Assembly (NCBI RefSeq): GCF_963921235.1
Contig: NC_086097.1
Location: 181,476,001-181,540,000, forward strand
Source: Mobula hypostoma
Taxonomy: Eukaryota
Reading direction: 5' to 3'
DNA length: 64,000 bases
The notes under the pieces were generated by a model. It was given only the letters and a program-made list of their open reading frames with translations. It ran no database searches and was not told where the DNA came from. A program made the position numbers and the translations under genes. The stretch's first letter is position 1, and every line of letters begins with the position of its first letter. Below are positions 50,722-62,110 of this stretch, in pieces.

Positions 50722-52400
50722 ACAATAAGACATAGGAGCAGAATCAGGCAATTCAGCCCATCAAATCCACTCCACCATTTCATCATGACTGATCCCATTC
50801 AACCCCACACACCTGCCCTTTCTGCATATCCCTTGATGACATGACCAATCAGAAATCTATCAACTTCCGCTTGAATATACCCACAGACTTAGCTTCCACC
50901 GTAGTCTGTGGCAGAGCATTCCACAGATCCACCTATCTTTGGTTAAAAAATTTCCTCCTTACTTCTGTTCTAATTTTCAGGCTGTTAGCTCTGGATGCCC
51001 CCAACAGAAGAAACATCCTCTCCACATCCGTCTTATCTAGTCCTTTCAACATTTGGTGCGTTTCAGTGAGATCCCTATGCATTCTTCTAAATTCCACTGA
51101 GTACAGGCCCAAAGCTGCGAAATGCTTCTCATATGTTACCCCTTCATTCCCAGAATCATCTTCGTGAACCTCCTCTGGACTCTGTCCAATGATGACACAC
51201 CTTTCTGAGATATGGGGCCCAAAACTGTTGACCTTACTCCAAGTGTGGCCAGACTAGTGACTTATAAAGCTTCCGTATTATATCCTTGATTTTATATTCT
51301 ATTCCTCTTGAAATAAATGCCAACGTTGCATTTGCCTTCTTTACCACAAACTCAACGTGTAAATTAACCTTCTGGGAGTCTTGCACGGGGACTCTTAAGT
51401 CCTTTTGCATCTCTGATGTTTGAATTTTCTCCCCATTTAGGTAATAGTCCGCACTATTGTTCCCATTACCAAAATGCATTATTGTACATTTCCCACCATG
51501 GGAAACATACTTTCCATATCTACACTGTCTAGGCCTTTCAACATTCAAAAGCTTTCAATGAGATCCCCCCTCCTCCTTAATTCCTGGCACCTGGGAGGCA
51601 ATGTACCATCTAGGTATCCCATTCACTTCCAGAGAATCTCCTCTCTGTTCCCCTCACTATTGAGTCCCTTATCACTACTGCTCCCTTCTTCACTCTCTTT
51701 CCGTACTGCACCATGGTCCCATGCTCAGTGCCTGTAACCCGGTCGCCATGGCGTTCTCCCGGGTCGTCATTCCCCACAAGAGTATCCAAAGCGGTATACT
51801 TGATTTTGGGGGGGAATGGCCACAGGGATGTTCTGCTCTAACTGCCTATTTCCATTTCTCCTGACGATCACCCAGCTACTCGCCTCCTGCAACTTAGGGG
51901 TGACTACTTCCCTGTAACTTTGATCGTATCCTCACTCTCCCATATAAGCCGAAGGTCATCCAGTTGCTGCTCCAGATCCCTAACACTATCTTCAAGGAAC
52001 GGAGCCAAATGAACTTCACACAGATATAGTTCCCCGGGAGACTCTGGGTCTCCCAAGACTCCAATATCTGGCACGAATAACACACCATAGCCATTTAGAT
52101 GGCACAGTAAGAGGGGAAAAAAACAAAAAGGAAACCTTAACAGACGCTTTACACAGAGCCGACACCTCCTTTGACCCAAAGCCTGTTGCTTCTACTCTTG
52201 CCACTGGCCTACTCTCGACAATGGCTGCTCCGCTTATCCCTTCTGTACTTCTATTTAGTTTGCAGAGCTCTGTTGGCACCGTTGATTGATAGGCCACGTA
52301 CAATGGACAAATGCACTCAAAGCTCCCTTTTTAAATAACCGCCGCCGATACTCTTGGTAAAGCTCTGTTGACACTGCTGATAGGCCACGTACAATAGTGA
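50722..52400 (-). mobile_element. Internally deleted CR1: 5' region and ORF1 Zn-finger joined to the RT C-terminus and 3' tail
   Basis: VCYSC...YICVK(F) ORF1 knuckle and coiled coil LEQQLDDLRLI; 3' part matches the 17243 family. Confidence 0.75.
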
Positions 52401-53020
52401 GGATCCTTAATGATGGATGCCACCTTTTTGAGGCACTGCCTCTTGAAGATGTCCTCAATAGTGTGGAGGCTTGTGCCCGTGATTGAGCTGGCTGTCTACA
52501 ACTCTCTGTAGCATCTTACAATAGTATTCGTTGGAGCCTCCATACCATGCAATGATGCAACCAGTCAGAATGCTCTCTACCCTACATCTGTAGAAATTTG
52601 CTAGAGTCTTTGGCGACATACCAAATCTCCTTGAACTCTTAATGAAGTATAGCCACAGGCATGCCTTCTTCATGATTGCATTAAAAAGTTGGACTCTAGG
52701 GATTTTCTGAGATATTGACACTAAACAACTTGAAGCTGTTCACTCTTTCCACTACTGTCCCCTCGTTGAGGATGGTGTGTGTTCTGTCAACTTCTCCATC
52801 CTGAAGTCCACACTCAGTTCCTTGGCCTTGCTAACATTGTGTGCCAGGTTGTTGTTGTTGTAACACCACTCAACCAACCAATTTATTTTACTCCTGTACT
52901 ACTTGTAGTAATCTGAGATTCTGCCAACAACATTGGTATATCTGGCATTTGACCTGTGCCTAGCCACATAGTCATGAGTGTAGAGGGGGTTGAACAGTGA
53001 GCTAAGATTGCATCCCTGGG
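52400..53020 (-). mobile_element. Rex1/Babar-like LINE fragment
   Basis: LANFYRCRVESILTGCIIAWYG...LQRVV. Confidence 0.78.
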
Positions 53021-53526
53021 GTGTGTCTGTACCTTAAGGATGAGCTTGGCAGCTCATTCCAAATACACAGCACCTTTTGCATGAAGAAGCTGCCCCTGAT
53101 GTCCCATTTAGTCTCTCACCTTTGATCTTAAAATTATGCTCTCTTGTAATTGGCACACCTTCCCTGGGAATAAGACTATGTGCTTTCACCTTGTTTATGT
53201 CCCTCATGATCTTATATACCTCTGTCAAATCGCCCCTCAAACCCCTATGCTCCAGAGAATAAAGTGCTAGAGTACACAACGTCTGCTCATAACTCAGGCC
53301 CCCCAAGTCCAGGCACCATCCAAGTCTAAATGTCTTTTAATCTTGTAATTGTACCTACCTCTACCACTTCCTTGTTACATCTACCCACTTCCTACTGTGT
53401 GGAAAAATTGCCACTCAGGTCCTCTTTAAATCTTTCCCCTCACATCTTAAACAGATGCCCTCCTCTTCCTTTCATTCTGTCCGTTTACCTGTTTGTGTAT
53501 GAATGCTACGTTCTTCTGTTTTCCAG

Positions 53527-53696
53527 GCCTTTCGATTGTAATTGGTGACCTCCTACGGAAGATCCCACTGGCTGTGCTGTTTGGGATCTTTCTGTACATG
53601 GGTGTTACTTCACTGAATGGTATTGAACTGTATGAACGCATCCAGTTGCTGCTCATGCCTTCAAAGCACCATCCGGATCATGTTTACGTGCGGAAG
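53527..53696 (+). CDS. slc4a2: slc4a2 exon P ([30 protein letters not shown]...YVRK; TM12)
   Basis: ttccag acceptor; [14 protein letters not shown]; donor AAG|gtaagt. Confidence 0.97.
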
Positions 53697-53803
53697 GTAA
53701 GTTGGGTTCAGGGGTCGAGCTGTGTGGAGTGCAAGGCTGGCAGGTTGCTTGGTTTCTGTGGGGCAGGCTGGCTGGTATTTAATAGGCTGTTTCTCCCACC
53801 CAG

Positions 53804-53977
53804 GTGAAGACTCTACGGATGCACTTGTTCACCATCATCCAGATCTTCTGCCTGGCCATTCTCTGGGCTGTCATGTCCACTGTCGCCTCACTTGCCTTTC
53901 CTTTTGTGCTCATCCTGACCGTTCCTCTGAAGGTCTTTGCACTCACCAGGATTTTCACGGATCGAGAGATGAAATGT
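53804..53977 (+). CDS. slc4a2: slc4a2 exon Q ([10 protein letters not shown]...[21 protein letters not shown]...EMKC; TM13-14)
   Basis: Follows a 107-nt intron; WAVMST has the AE2-type Met where AE1 and AE3 have VKST; donor TGT|gtaagt. Confidence 0.97.
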
Positions 53978-54079
53978 GTAAGTGTGCTGTTTATAGATTA
54001 CTTGGGTCAGGAAGTGGAAAGGTGGGTTAGCAAGGTTGCAGGTAAGATGAAGGTTTGTGGTGTTGTGGATAGTGTAGGA

Positions 54080-54158
54080 CAGGGGTTCCCAACTTTTATT
54101 ATGCCATGGATCCCTACCATTAACCAAAGGGACTATGAACCATGGTTGGGAACCTCTG
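54080..54158. mobile_element. 79-bp hAT-type MITE
   Basis: TIR CAGGGGTTCCCAAC / GTTGGGAACCTCTG; 8-bp TSD gtgtagga / gtgtagaa; inserted in a CR1 remnant. Confidence 0.85.
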
Positions 54159-55142
54159 GTGTAGAAGAAGGTTTTTGCAGGTTACAACAGGACAGTGATA
54201 GGGTGCAGAGTTGGACAGAGAAGTAGCAGATGGAGTGAAATGGAGGGTTATCTTTGGGAGTAGAGTAGGGTGTCAGCATGTGTGGGAACCAGTCCTGTAA
54301 ACTGCAGTGTGTCGCTGAAGAGCTGGAAGTGAAATCGAGGTTTGATACTTTCATTTGTTTGCAAGGACAAATGGCACAGCAGTACTGATTAATCCCACCT
54401 CAGCTCGCCTTCCTTCTACCATCCATTAGGCTTTGATTATTCAGCTGTTCTTTCTGGGGGAAGGGGGGGAGGAAATGGGATCATCCTGGTCTGTCTCTTT
54501 CAGCTCACTGTTATTCTTTGATCAAATAGCGGCCCTCAGATTTTATCCCCTTGGCCAAGGAGAATTAATCCTACCTGTTCGCCCTACCTGTATTCTTTGT
54601 GATCCCCCCACGAGCAACCTTTTGTTTGTCGTCTCCCAAAGAGATGCAAGATGGTTTTACAGGTCCAGGGCTGGGAGTAGCATTAACATTGGCTCAGGAG
54701 GGGAGGGAAATAGGTGTGAGTGGTGGACAGCTGGTGAGGTCATTGTCACCAATAACTCCATGAGCTTCTCCTATTCAAATACCCTCAGATAGGATGGTTG
54801 AGAGGGGGGCAATAAATTCAAATTTGTTGGGCATGAAAGTGGCAGGGATCGGGAGTATGGGTCAGAAGGACAGTTCACAGGAAAGAGAAGTAGCTGAGAG
54901 CACTCTCTGTCTTCCAGATTAATGTTGTCACTGTGAGGGACCAGCAGACAGGACTGGCCCCAGACCATGCTCTCTATGCTTGGGTTGGGCCTGGTGTTGA
55001 ATAGCTGTCTCTCATCTGTCTCATCCATTCAGGTCTATGCCCCATAGCAGCTGTACAGTGGGAGAAGGCTGTTCGTGTCAGGGACGTGGTGTGATAACCT
55101 GTGCCCATCCATCTCTCTGATCACTATCTTCTCTTCCCACAG

Positions 55143-55223
55143 CTGGACGCAGATGATGCACAGCCCACCTTTGATGAGAAGGAGGGGTTGGATGAATATG
55201 ATGAGCTCTCAATGCCTGTGTGA
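55143..55223 (+). CDS. slc4a2: slc4a2 terminal coding exon ([26 protein letters not shown])
   Basis: cccacag acceptor; acidic tail ending MPV-stop as in AE1-3; TGA at 55221-55223. Confidence 0.95.
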   Translation: MDADDAQPTFDEKEGLDEYDELSMPV

Positions 55224-55282
55224 GGCCACGGAACCAGCTGTAAAATCCTCTTGTGAAGCTGGATAAGGATGGAGGAGCTCAT

Positions 55283-55570
55283 CAACACCCGTCACCACAG
55301 GCACCTGTCAGCACACCTGTCACCAACACCCATCACCATCAACCTGTCACCACCAACACACTGCAGCATCTGTCAACTACACCCATCACTGACACCTGTC
55401 ACCGATGACACTCATCACAAATATCTTTTACCATCACCTGTCACCATCAGCACCTGTCCACACTGTCAGCACAGTCATCAGTCATCTGTCACAACACTCA
55501 GTATCAACATCTGTCAGTATCAGTATATGTCACCAAGGACCATGTGTGATCTATTGCTGTCACCAAAGTC
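55283..55570 (+). repeat. Degenerate cacctgtcaccatcag-type repeat at the start of the 3' UTR
   Basis: About ten recurrences of (c)tgtcac(c)a. Confidence 0.7.
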
Positions 55571-56044
55571 CACCTCGGCCAAATTACATCCAGCTCTCGG
55601 GGCTGTTCATCACCTTGGGACTGAGGCAGGTCGGGACCAAGCTCCATGCTACCATAACCTGAATTCAGGAACCATCCATGCACTTAAGTATTCCTTTGTT
55701 TCAACATCAGGAACGAGAAAACCCAAGCTGGTGTTTCAGAACTTTGTGAATGTTCCTGACATGCGGAAACGACAGCTCTGTAACATCATTCCTTAATGAG
55801 AGGATGCAGGAGAAGAAGCTGCTGGTCTGATCTAGGACATTCCCTCCAGCCGTGAAATCGCTTCAGTCGTTAATCCCAGAGACAAGTGCTGGTGCTGCTC
55901 AACAATGCCACCACTCAATTGAACCACAGAACCCCTGTTCACCCTTCCCATACCCTCCACTCTACCCCCCCATGTGAAACCATTGAGCTGTCATTGGATT
56001 GTGAAAATTTAGCTCTTGGCCTTCCTCTCTGCAACACCCCCCCC

Positions 56045-56079
<35 letters not shown>

Positions 56080-56220
56080 CACCGCCATCACCACCTTGCC
56101 CTCTGACTAAATGCTTTTCCTAGTCGGGTGCAACTTTGTAGGCTATCCAATTTGATTGAATTTCCAAGCCCTTTGTGCTCAACTGCCAGTCTTGATGTGA
56201 ACATTATTCTGCCTCTGTAT

Positions 56221-56433
56221 ACACAAGAGAGCCTGCAGATGCTGGAAATCTTGAGCAACACACACAAAATGCTGGAAAATCTCAGGTCAGGCAGCATCTA
56301 TGGAGGGGAATAAATAGTCAATGTTTCAGACCAAGATCCTTCATCAGGTCCTGATGAAGGGTCTCAGCCAGAAATGTTGACTTCATGGTTGCTTCCTGAC
56401 TTACTAAGTTGCACCAGCATTTTGTGTGTGCTT
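56221..56433. mobile_element. Fold-back Penelope-derived element with two back-to-back hammerhead relics
   Basis: cacacaaaatgctgg...tcatcagg|tc|ctgatgaagg...ccagcattttgtgtg. Confidence 0.75.
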
Positions 56434-57914
56434 TTCTGCCTGTACACCTCCAGCACTGAGGCTGTCCTGGGTCCTGCTGTGGATGTCAATGTTCTGTTTG
56501 GAATTCAGTCCTGATCTCCAGGACACAGAGCTATAATTTTTGTCTGTGGATTTTGATCACGGGGTGAGTGCCAAGTCCATCCAGCCCATGAAGATTGTCT
56601 CTTCCCTCAGAGAAAGGTTTGGATAGAAATGGGTCTCATTTGCAGTTGTAACTGGTTGTTTGGCATAATTCAGCAGAGTTTCACATGTGTGCAAAACTCC
56701 CCAGAGCTGAGGGCCTCACCCAGCTGAAGTGGGTGGTGAGATCAGGCCCTGGTCAATGCTACTGGCTTTGAATGTTGCCAAAGATCCATTTGATTTGTGA
56801 GGTGAGTGGGTCATGAATGGGCACTGGGAATGGGGGAGACATGGGGAGTCTCTACCCCTCTGATGTGTTTGTCACTTCAAGTCCAGAGATGCCACTGCAG
56901 GAGCCAAGCCCAATCACAGAGTTACACAGCACAGAAGCAAGCCCTTCAGCCCAACTGGTCCATGCTGACCAAGATGTCCATCTAAAGTCAGTCCCATTTG
57001 CCTGCATTTGGCCCGTATCCCTTTAAACTTTTCCTATCCATTTACCTGTCCAAATGTCTTTTAAATGTTAGTGTAACTGTTGAGCCTCGGCTCCACAGAG
57101 AAAGCAAAAGGTGCATACATAATCTTACAACCAAAAATATTTAGCCAACAGTTTGCTTTTGAAAGGACCAAAGATCCTACAGTCCAACTGATTTCACGGG
57201 CAAGCCTTTCACCCTCTGAACCGTGTGCTGTACTGTTGGGTGATGCACAATAAATGGTGATGTGTTCCTTCCCCAGTGTTCATCGTGTGACCAGTTCCCA
57301 TGTCAACAGTCCAGTGCGGTTTCCAGTGGTGGATCACAGTGCCAGTTGTTCCCATGGGAGTTCTTGGTGCCAGTTGGTCAATTGCTGATCGGTTCAGCGG
57401 GTAGAATCCATTGCTGCCTTTTCAGTGGCAGGTGGCTATGCTGGCATGACCAGACAAGTACTAGTCCCAAGTGCCCCCAGTGAGGAGGAAAGCAAACACT
57501 GGGCCATCCTTGATCAAAACCAACTGCTGTATCCATCTTCCCTACTGTGGGTCTTACAGTCTCTGTCCCTCACCAACCTGTCCACACTGGCCTGTAGCTT
57601 CAACAGGTTATTAAATTTTGTATTTATACAAACTAGTGTCAATTACTTTAGATTTCGAGTTAAAATCTAGGTGACCTTTTTTTCTTATCCTTTATATTTG
57701 TACTGTAGGTGTTCACTTTGAATGGCCTGCATAAAAATCATTTTGTAGTAGAAGTAACAATTATTTCATTAATGAAAATAACACCAGGGTACAGTGCTGA
57801 TGGGAGTGTCTGTCACTGTATAATACTGAGTACAGTACTGGTGGGGACGGGTCTGTCGCTATATAAACACCAGGGCACAGTACCAATGGGGTCTGCTCTG
57901 TCACTGTATAACAC

Positions 57915-58730
57915 TGGGGTAAAGGCCATAGTCTCAGAATAAAAGGACATCCTTTCAGAACTGAAATGAGGAGGAATCTCTTCAACTAGAAGCTCATGTA
58001 TCTGTGGAATTTTGTTGCCAGATTGTGATGGAGGCCGAGTCATTGGATGTACTTAAGGTAGAGACCGATAGGTTCTTGATTGCCCTTCATTAGTTGAGGG
58101 ATTAAGTTCAAGAACTGTGAGGTAATGTTGGAACTCTATAAAATTCTGGTTAGACCACACTTAGAATATGATGTTCAATTCAGGTCATCTCATTATAGAA
58201 AGGATGTGGAAGCTTTATATGGGCTACAGAGGAGATTTACCAGGCTGCCTCTTTGATTAGTGAGCTTGTCTTATAAGGAAAAGTTGAGCAAGCTAAGGCT
58301 TTTTCTCTTTGGAACAAAGTAGATTGCGAGGTGATTTGATAGAGGTGCTTAAGATAAGAGACACTGATAGAGTGGATAGCCAGTGCCTTTTTCCTAGGGT
58401 GGAATGGCTAATACAAGGAAAGTTATAGGGGGGATGACAGAGGGAGGTTTTTGACAGAGTGGTGAGTGCATGGAATGCACTGCCTGTTGTGTGGTCGTAG
58501 AGGTGGATTCATTAGGGACATTTAAGAGACTTCTGGATTGGCACATAGATGAAAGAAAAATAGGGGGCCTTTTTAGAAAGAAGCATTAGATTTATCTTAG
58601 AGTACATTAAAAAGTTAACACAACATTGTGGGCCAAAGTGCCTAGACTGTTCTATGTTCTATGTAAAGGAGATAAAGGTTATGGGGTTAAAAATTTTCTG
58701 CTATGATTGAATGGCAAAGCAGATACAATG
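57915..58730 (+). mobile_element. Nested CR1 3' fragments
   Basis: LYKILVRPHLEY.VQF..SHYRKDV remnant and tails. Confidence 0.75.
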
Positions 58731-61114
58731 ACCAGGTGCTGCTCTACAGTGTTATGGGTACAGCACTGCTGGGGACTGTTGCAGGTTGGTATTAGTGCTA
58801 GTTGCAATATTTTTCACTGATCACAACTGAGGCAACATGATTATCGCAGTGTGGATTTATGTTTGGGAGGCAAATCTATGAGATTTTAAATCTGTAGATC
58901 CTGTCAAACTGAAATAAAAACAGAAAATGCTGGACCATGCAGCAGATGAAGTAACATCTGGGGAGAGAGGATCTTTTCTAGATTTTGTTTCATCCTGAAG
59001 CTGTTCAACCCGAAATGTTAACTCTCCACCCTAGTGACTCCTCTTTAGTTTAGTCTGCAGTTGGCCTCAAATACTTTTACGACAGAGATGGGTTTGAAAT
59101 GACCCCTAAACCAGAGAGCTTAGGTTTAAGGATAGTATACCAAGGAATAAGTGGTGTAGGGAGGTTTCCTCTTTTTGAATGAATTTGGAAAGAGTGCCAC
59201 CAGGGAGTGATGAGAATTGGGAATTGAGAAGCTGGGGATAATAGGAATTTTCTCTCCTGGCTGAAGTGGGGGACAACAGAAGTTGCCAAAAATAAGTGAG
59301 ATACAAGAGATTACAGATGCTAGAATCTAGAACAACAAACTCTGCTGGAGAAGCTCAATGGGTTGGGCTTTATTTGGGGATTTGTTTGTGTGTGTGGGGG
59401 GGGGGTAGAGAATGGGCGACGTTTCAGATCGAAACCCACAGCTCTCTTCGATAACCTGGTCTGTCCAGTATCCTCAGGTAGAGGTGTGATGCCCACAGTT
59501 GGGAAGGGCTTTCCTCTCCTCCATCCGTGATTTGGGGGCAAAGTGCCAGGGTTTCTAGGGCCTTATAGGTGATTCCTCTCCCCATCTTTAATCATCACTA
59601 AGTGCAGCAAAGTCAGAATCTCCAGAGGACAGGACTGTTGTTAGAGTTAGCGTCCCTCCAGGGTTACTCTCTCCTACGATCTGCTCCCTGTCCCCCGCCG
59701 GCTAGTGAAGCAGGCTGAAGGTGAAGTTTGGTTTTTGGTGGAGCCGCATCTGGTGTCTGATTTCCGCTCTCCAGCGGGTAGCGTCCTGTCATCGCCCACA
59801 TCTCATCGCATCGCTGCTGTCCTGTAGCACGCTCCCTGAAGTCTACCTCTGACCAAGTTTCTCTTTTAGATTTCTACACTTCTGTGAAGTGCCCTGAGAC
59901 TTTTCTGTGTTAAAGGCGTCTTAAAATTGCAAGCTTGTAAATAAAGACTTCGCGATCACCTCTTGTGCCTGCTGCCAGCTGGTGGTGGAATGTTTTTGCT
60001 GCAATAATGCTGATTTTATTATTGATCCCTGGTCCTAAAGTCTTCTCTCGGGAGCCACCCTTTGGCTATTAGTGACATCTACTCCCTGCCGCCTGTGTGA
60101 GGTGTTCCTCTCCCCCATTCCCACCCCACCGAGTGCTTCTCATTAACCCAGCGTATCCAATAGAAAGATCCCAAAATATGAAAATGAGCTGTAGTGAGGG
60201 AGCGTCACATTGCGAGGGGAGGTACCGAGGGGGCATCAAACTATAGAATATGCAGTACTGAAGGAGGGCTGCAATGTGGGAGGAACAGTACTGAGGGAGC
60301 GCTGCACTGATACCGTGGCTGAACTGAGAAGATCTGGTGGGGCACTATTCGGAGGACAGCTGGTCGGTTGTGAAGCTGCAAGAAACTACAGACACAATGA
60401 CAGCGACAATTGGCCTGACTTTATACGGAAAAGGCAGTGTCCTTAACGTCCTGTCAGGGTAGATTGTGGCTGTCTCAGAATTGTAATCAATATTCTTTGG
60501 GGAAAATTCAGATGCTGTGTAATTAATAAATCATTTGTGAAATCAATATTCCTCTGAGATGGTTCTGCCTGTTAACGTAAAATGATTTGGGGGGAAAAAC
60601 GTTGCCAGTTGAATCACATTTGACGGCTGTTAGTAATTTACATGTCCATTAAGTACAGAGGGGGGGATCACAAGCTCTGCTTGCTGAGAACACCGTCAAT
60701 TGGAAATTGGAAATTCAATTGAGCAACACACACACACACTCACTCACTCACTCTCTCTCTCTCTCACCCCACCCCCCGCCCCTCTCGCTGTCGCTCTCTC
60801 TCACAATGCTGGAGGAACATAGGTCAGGCAGCATCTCTAGAGGGAAACAGCCGGTATTTCCGATTGAAACCTTAATCAAGACAGGAAAGGAAGGGGTCAG
60901 AAGCCAGAAAAAGAATGTTTTTTTTTGGGGGGGTCAAACCTGGGAGGTTATAGGTGAAAGAGGTAAAGGGCTGAAGGATTCTCAGTTACAACTGCAGGTC
61001 GAAGGCTGGGGATCCTGTGGGGAGCGGCTCCCCAATTGTAAAGCTTGAATCAGGGCTGGGACGGAATACCCTCATCTTAACCAGATGAGGGCAACTCAGA
61101 TGACATCCAACAAG

Positions 61115-61337
61115 AGAAAATCTACAGATGCTGTACATCAAAGTAATGCACACAAAATGCTGGAGGAATTCCGCATGCCAGGAGGCATCTGTGGAAAAGA
61201 GTGAACAGTCGACGTTTCAGTCCGAGACCCTTCACAGTTCTAATAAAGGTTCGCGGTTTGAAACATCGACTGCTTAGTCTTTTCCATTGATGCTGCCTGG
61301 CCTGCTGAGTTCCTCCAGCATTTTGTGTGTGTTACAC
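61115..61337. mobile_element. Fold-back Penelope-derived element
   Basis: Inverted arms around cagtcgacgtttc...gaaacatcgactg; flanks tgacatccaacaag / tgacgttcaacaag. Confidence 0.78.
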
Positions 61338-61514
61338 TGACGTTCAACAAGCCCTGAAACCTTGGAGAAAATAGCCCATGAAAGGCATTGTGACTGCGGA
61401 ATATACAACCTGACCGCTCTAAGTGTTCATTGGCACCATCTAATCCAGTTATACATTATTTAAGAGTAATCCAGATCATATCCATAATGTATGACTTTCT
61501 GGATAATACATATC

Positions 61515-62110
61515 TGTAGAGGAGATTTTTGAGGATGTTGCCTGGATTGGAGTTATGATGAGAGACCTTGGTCAGACCCCATTTGGAGTTCTGTGTTCAA
61601 TTCTGGTACCTCACTACAGGAAGGATGTGGATACTATAGAGTACAGAGGAGATTTACAAGGATATTGCCTGGATTGGAGGGTTTACCTTATGAGAACAGG
61701 TTGAGTGAACTTGGCCTTTTCTCCATGGAGTGATGGAGGATGACAGGTGACCTGATAGAGGTAAAACGATGAAGGGCATTGATCATGTGGATAGTCAGAG
61801 GCTTTTTCTCAGGGCTGAAATGGCTAACACGAGGGGGCATAGTTTTAAGGTGCTTGGAAACAGGTACCGAGGGGATGTCAGGGGTAAGTTTTTCACACCG
61901 AGTGGTGGATGCATGGAATGCACTGTCAGCAGCGGTGGTGGAAGCAGACACAACAGGGTCTTTTAAGAGCCTCTTAGATAGGTACAAGCTTAGAAAAATA
62001 GATGGCTATGTGCTGGGGAAAATCTAGGCAGTTTCTAGGGTAGCTTACATGGTTGGCACAACATTGTGAGCTGAAGGGCCTTTAATGTACTGCAGATTTC
62101 TATGTTCTAC
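61515..62110 (+). mobile_element. CR1 3' fragment
   Basis: KGIDHVDSQRLFLRAEMANTRGHSFKVLG; same family as 46405-46820. Confidence 0.85.

Noticed and set aside
2845..55223. Assignment as slc4a1 (AE1) or slc4a3 (AE3)
   Set aside because: HRFEDVPGVRRHLVR, DFSFxRNISxGSLGSL, SKHELKLLEKIP and WAVMST are AE2-type; only the LDADD tail is AE1-like
55269..55796. 175-aa ORF after the stop codon
   Set aside because: Built largely on a degenerate tandem repeat in the 3' UTR; no recognisable homology
60210..60446. ORF with WPDF (phosphatase WPD-loop-like)
   Set aside because: First half is a cagtactgagggag-type repeat; no other phosphatase motifs or splice support
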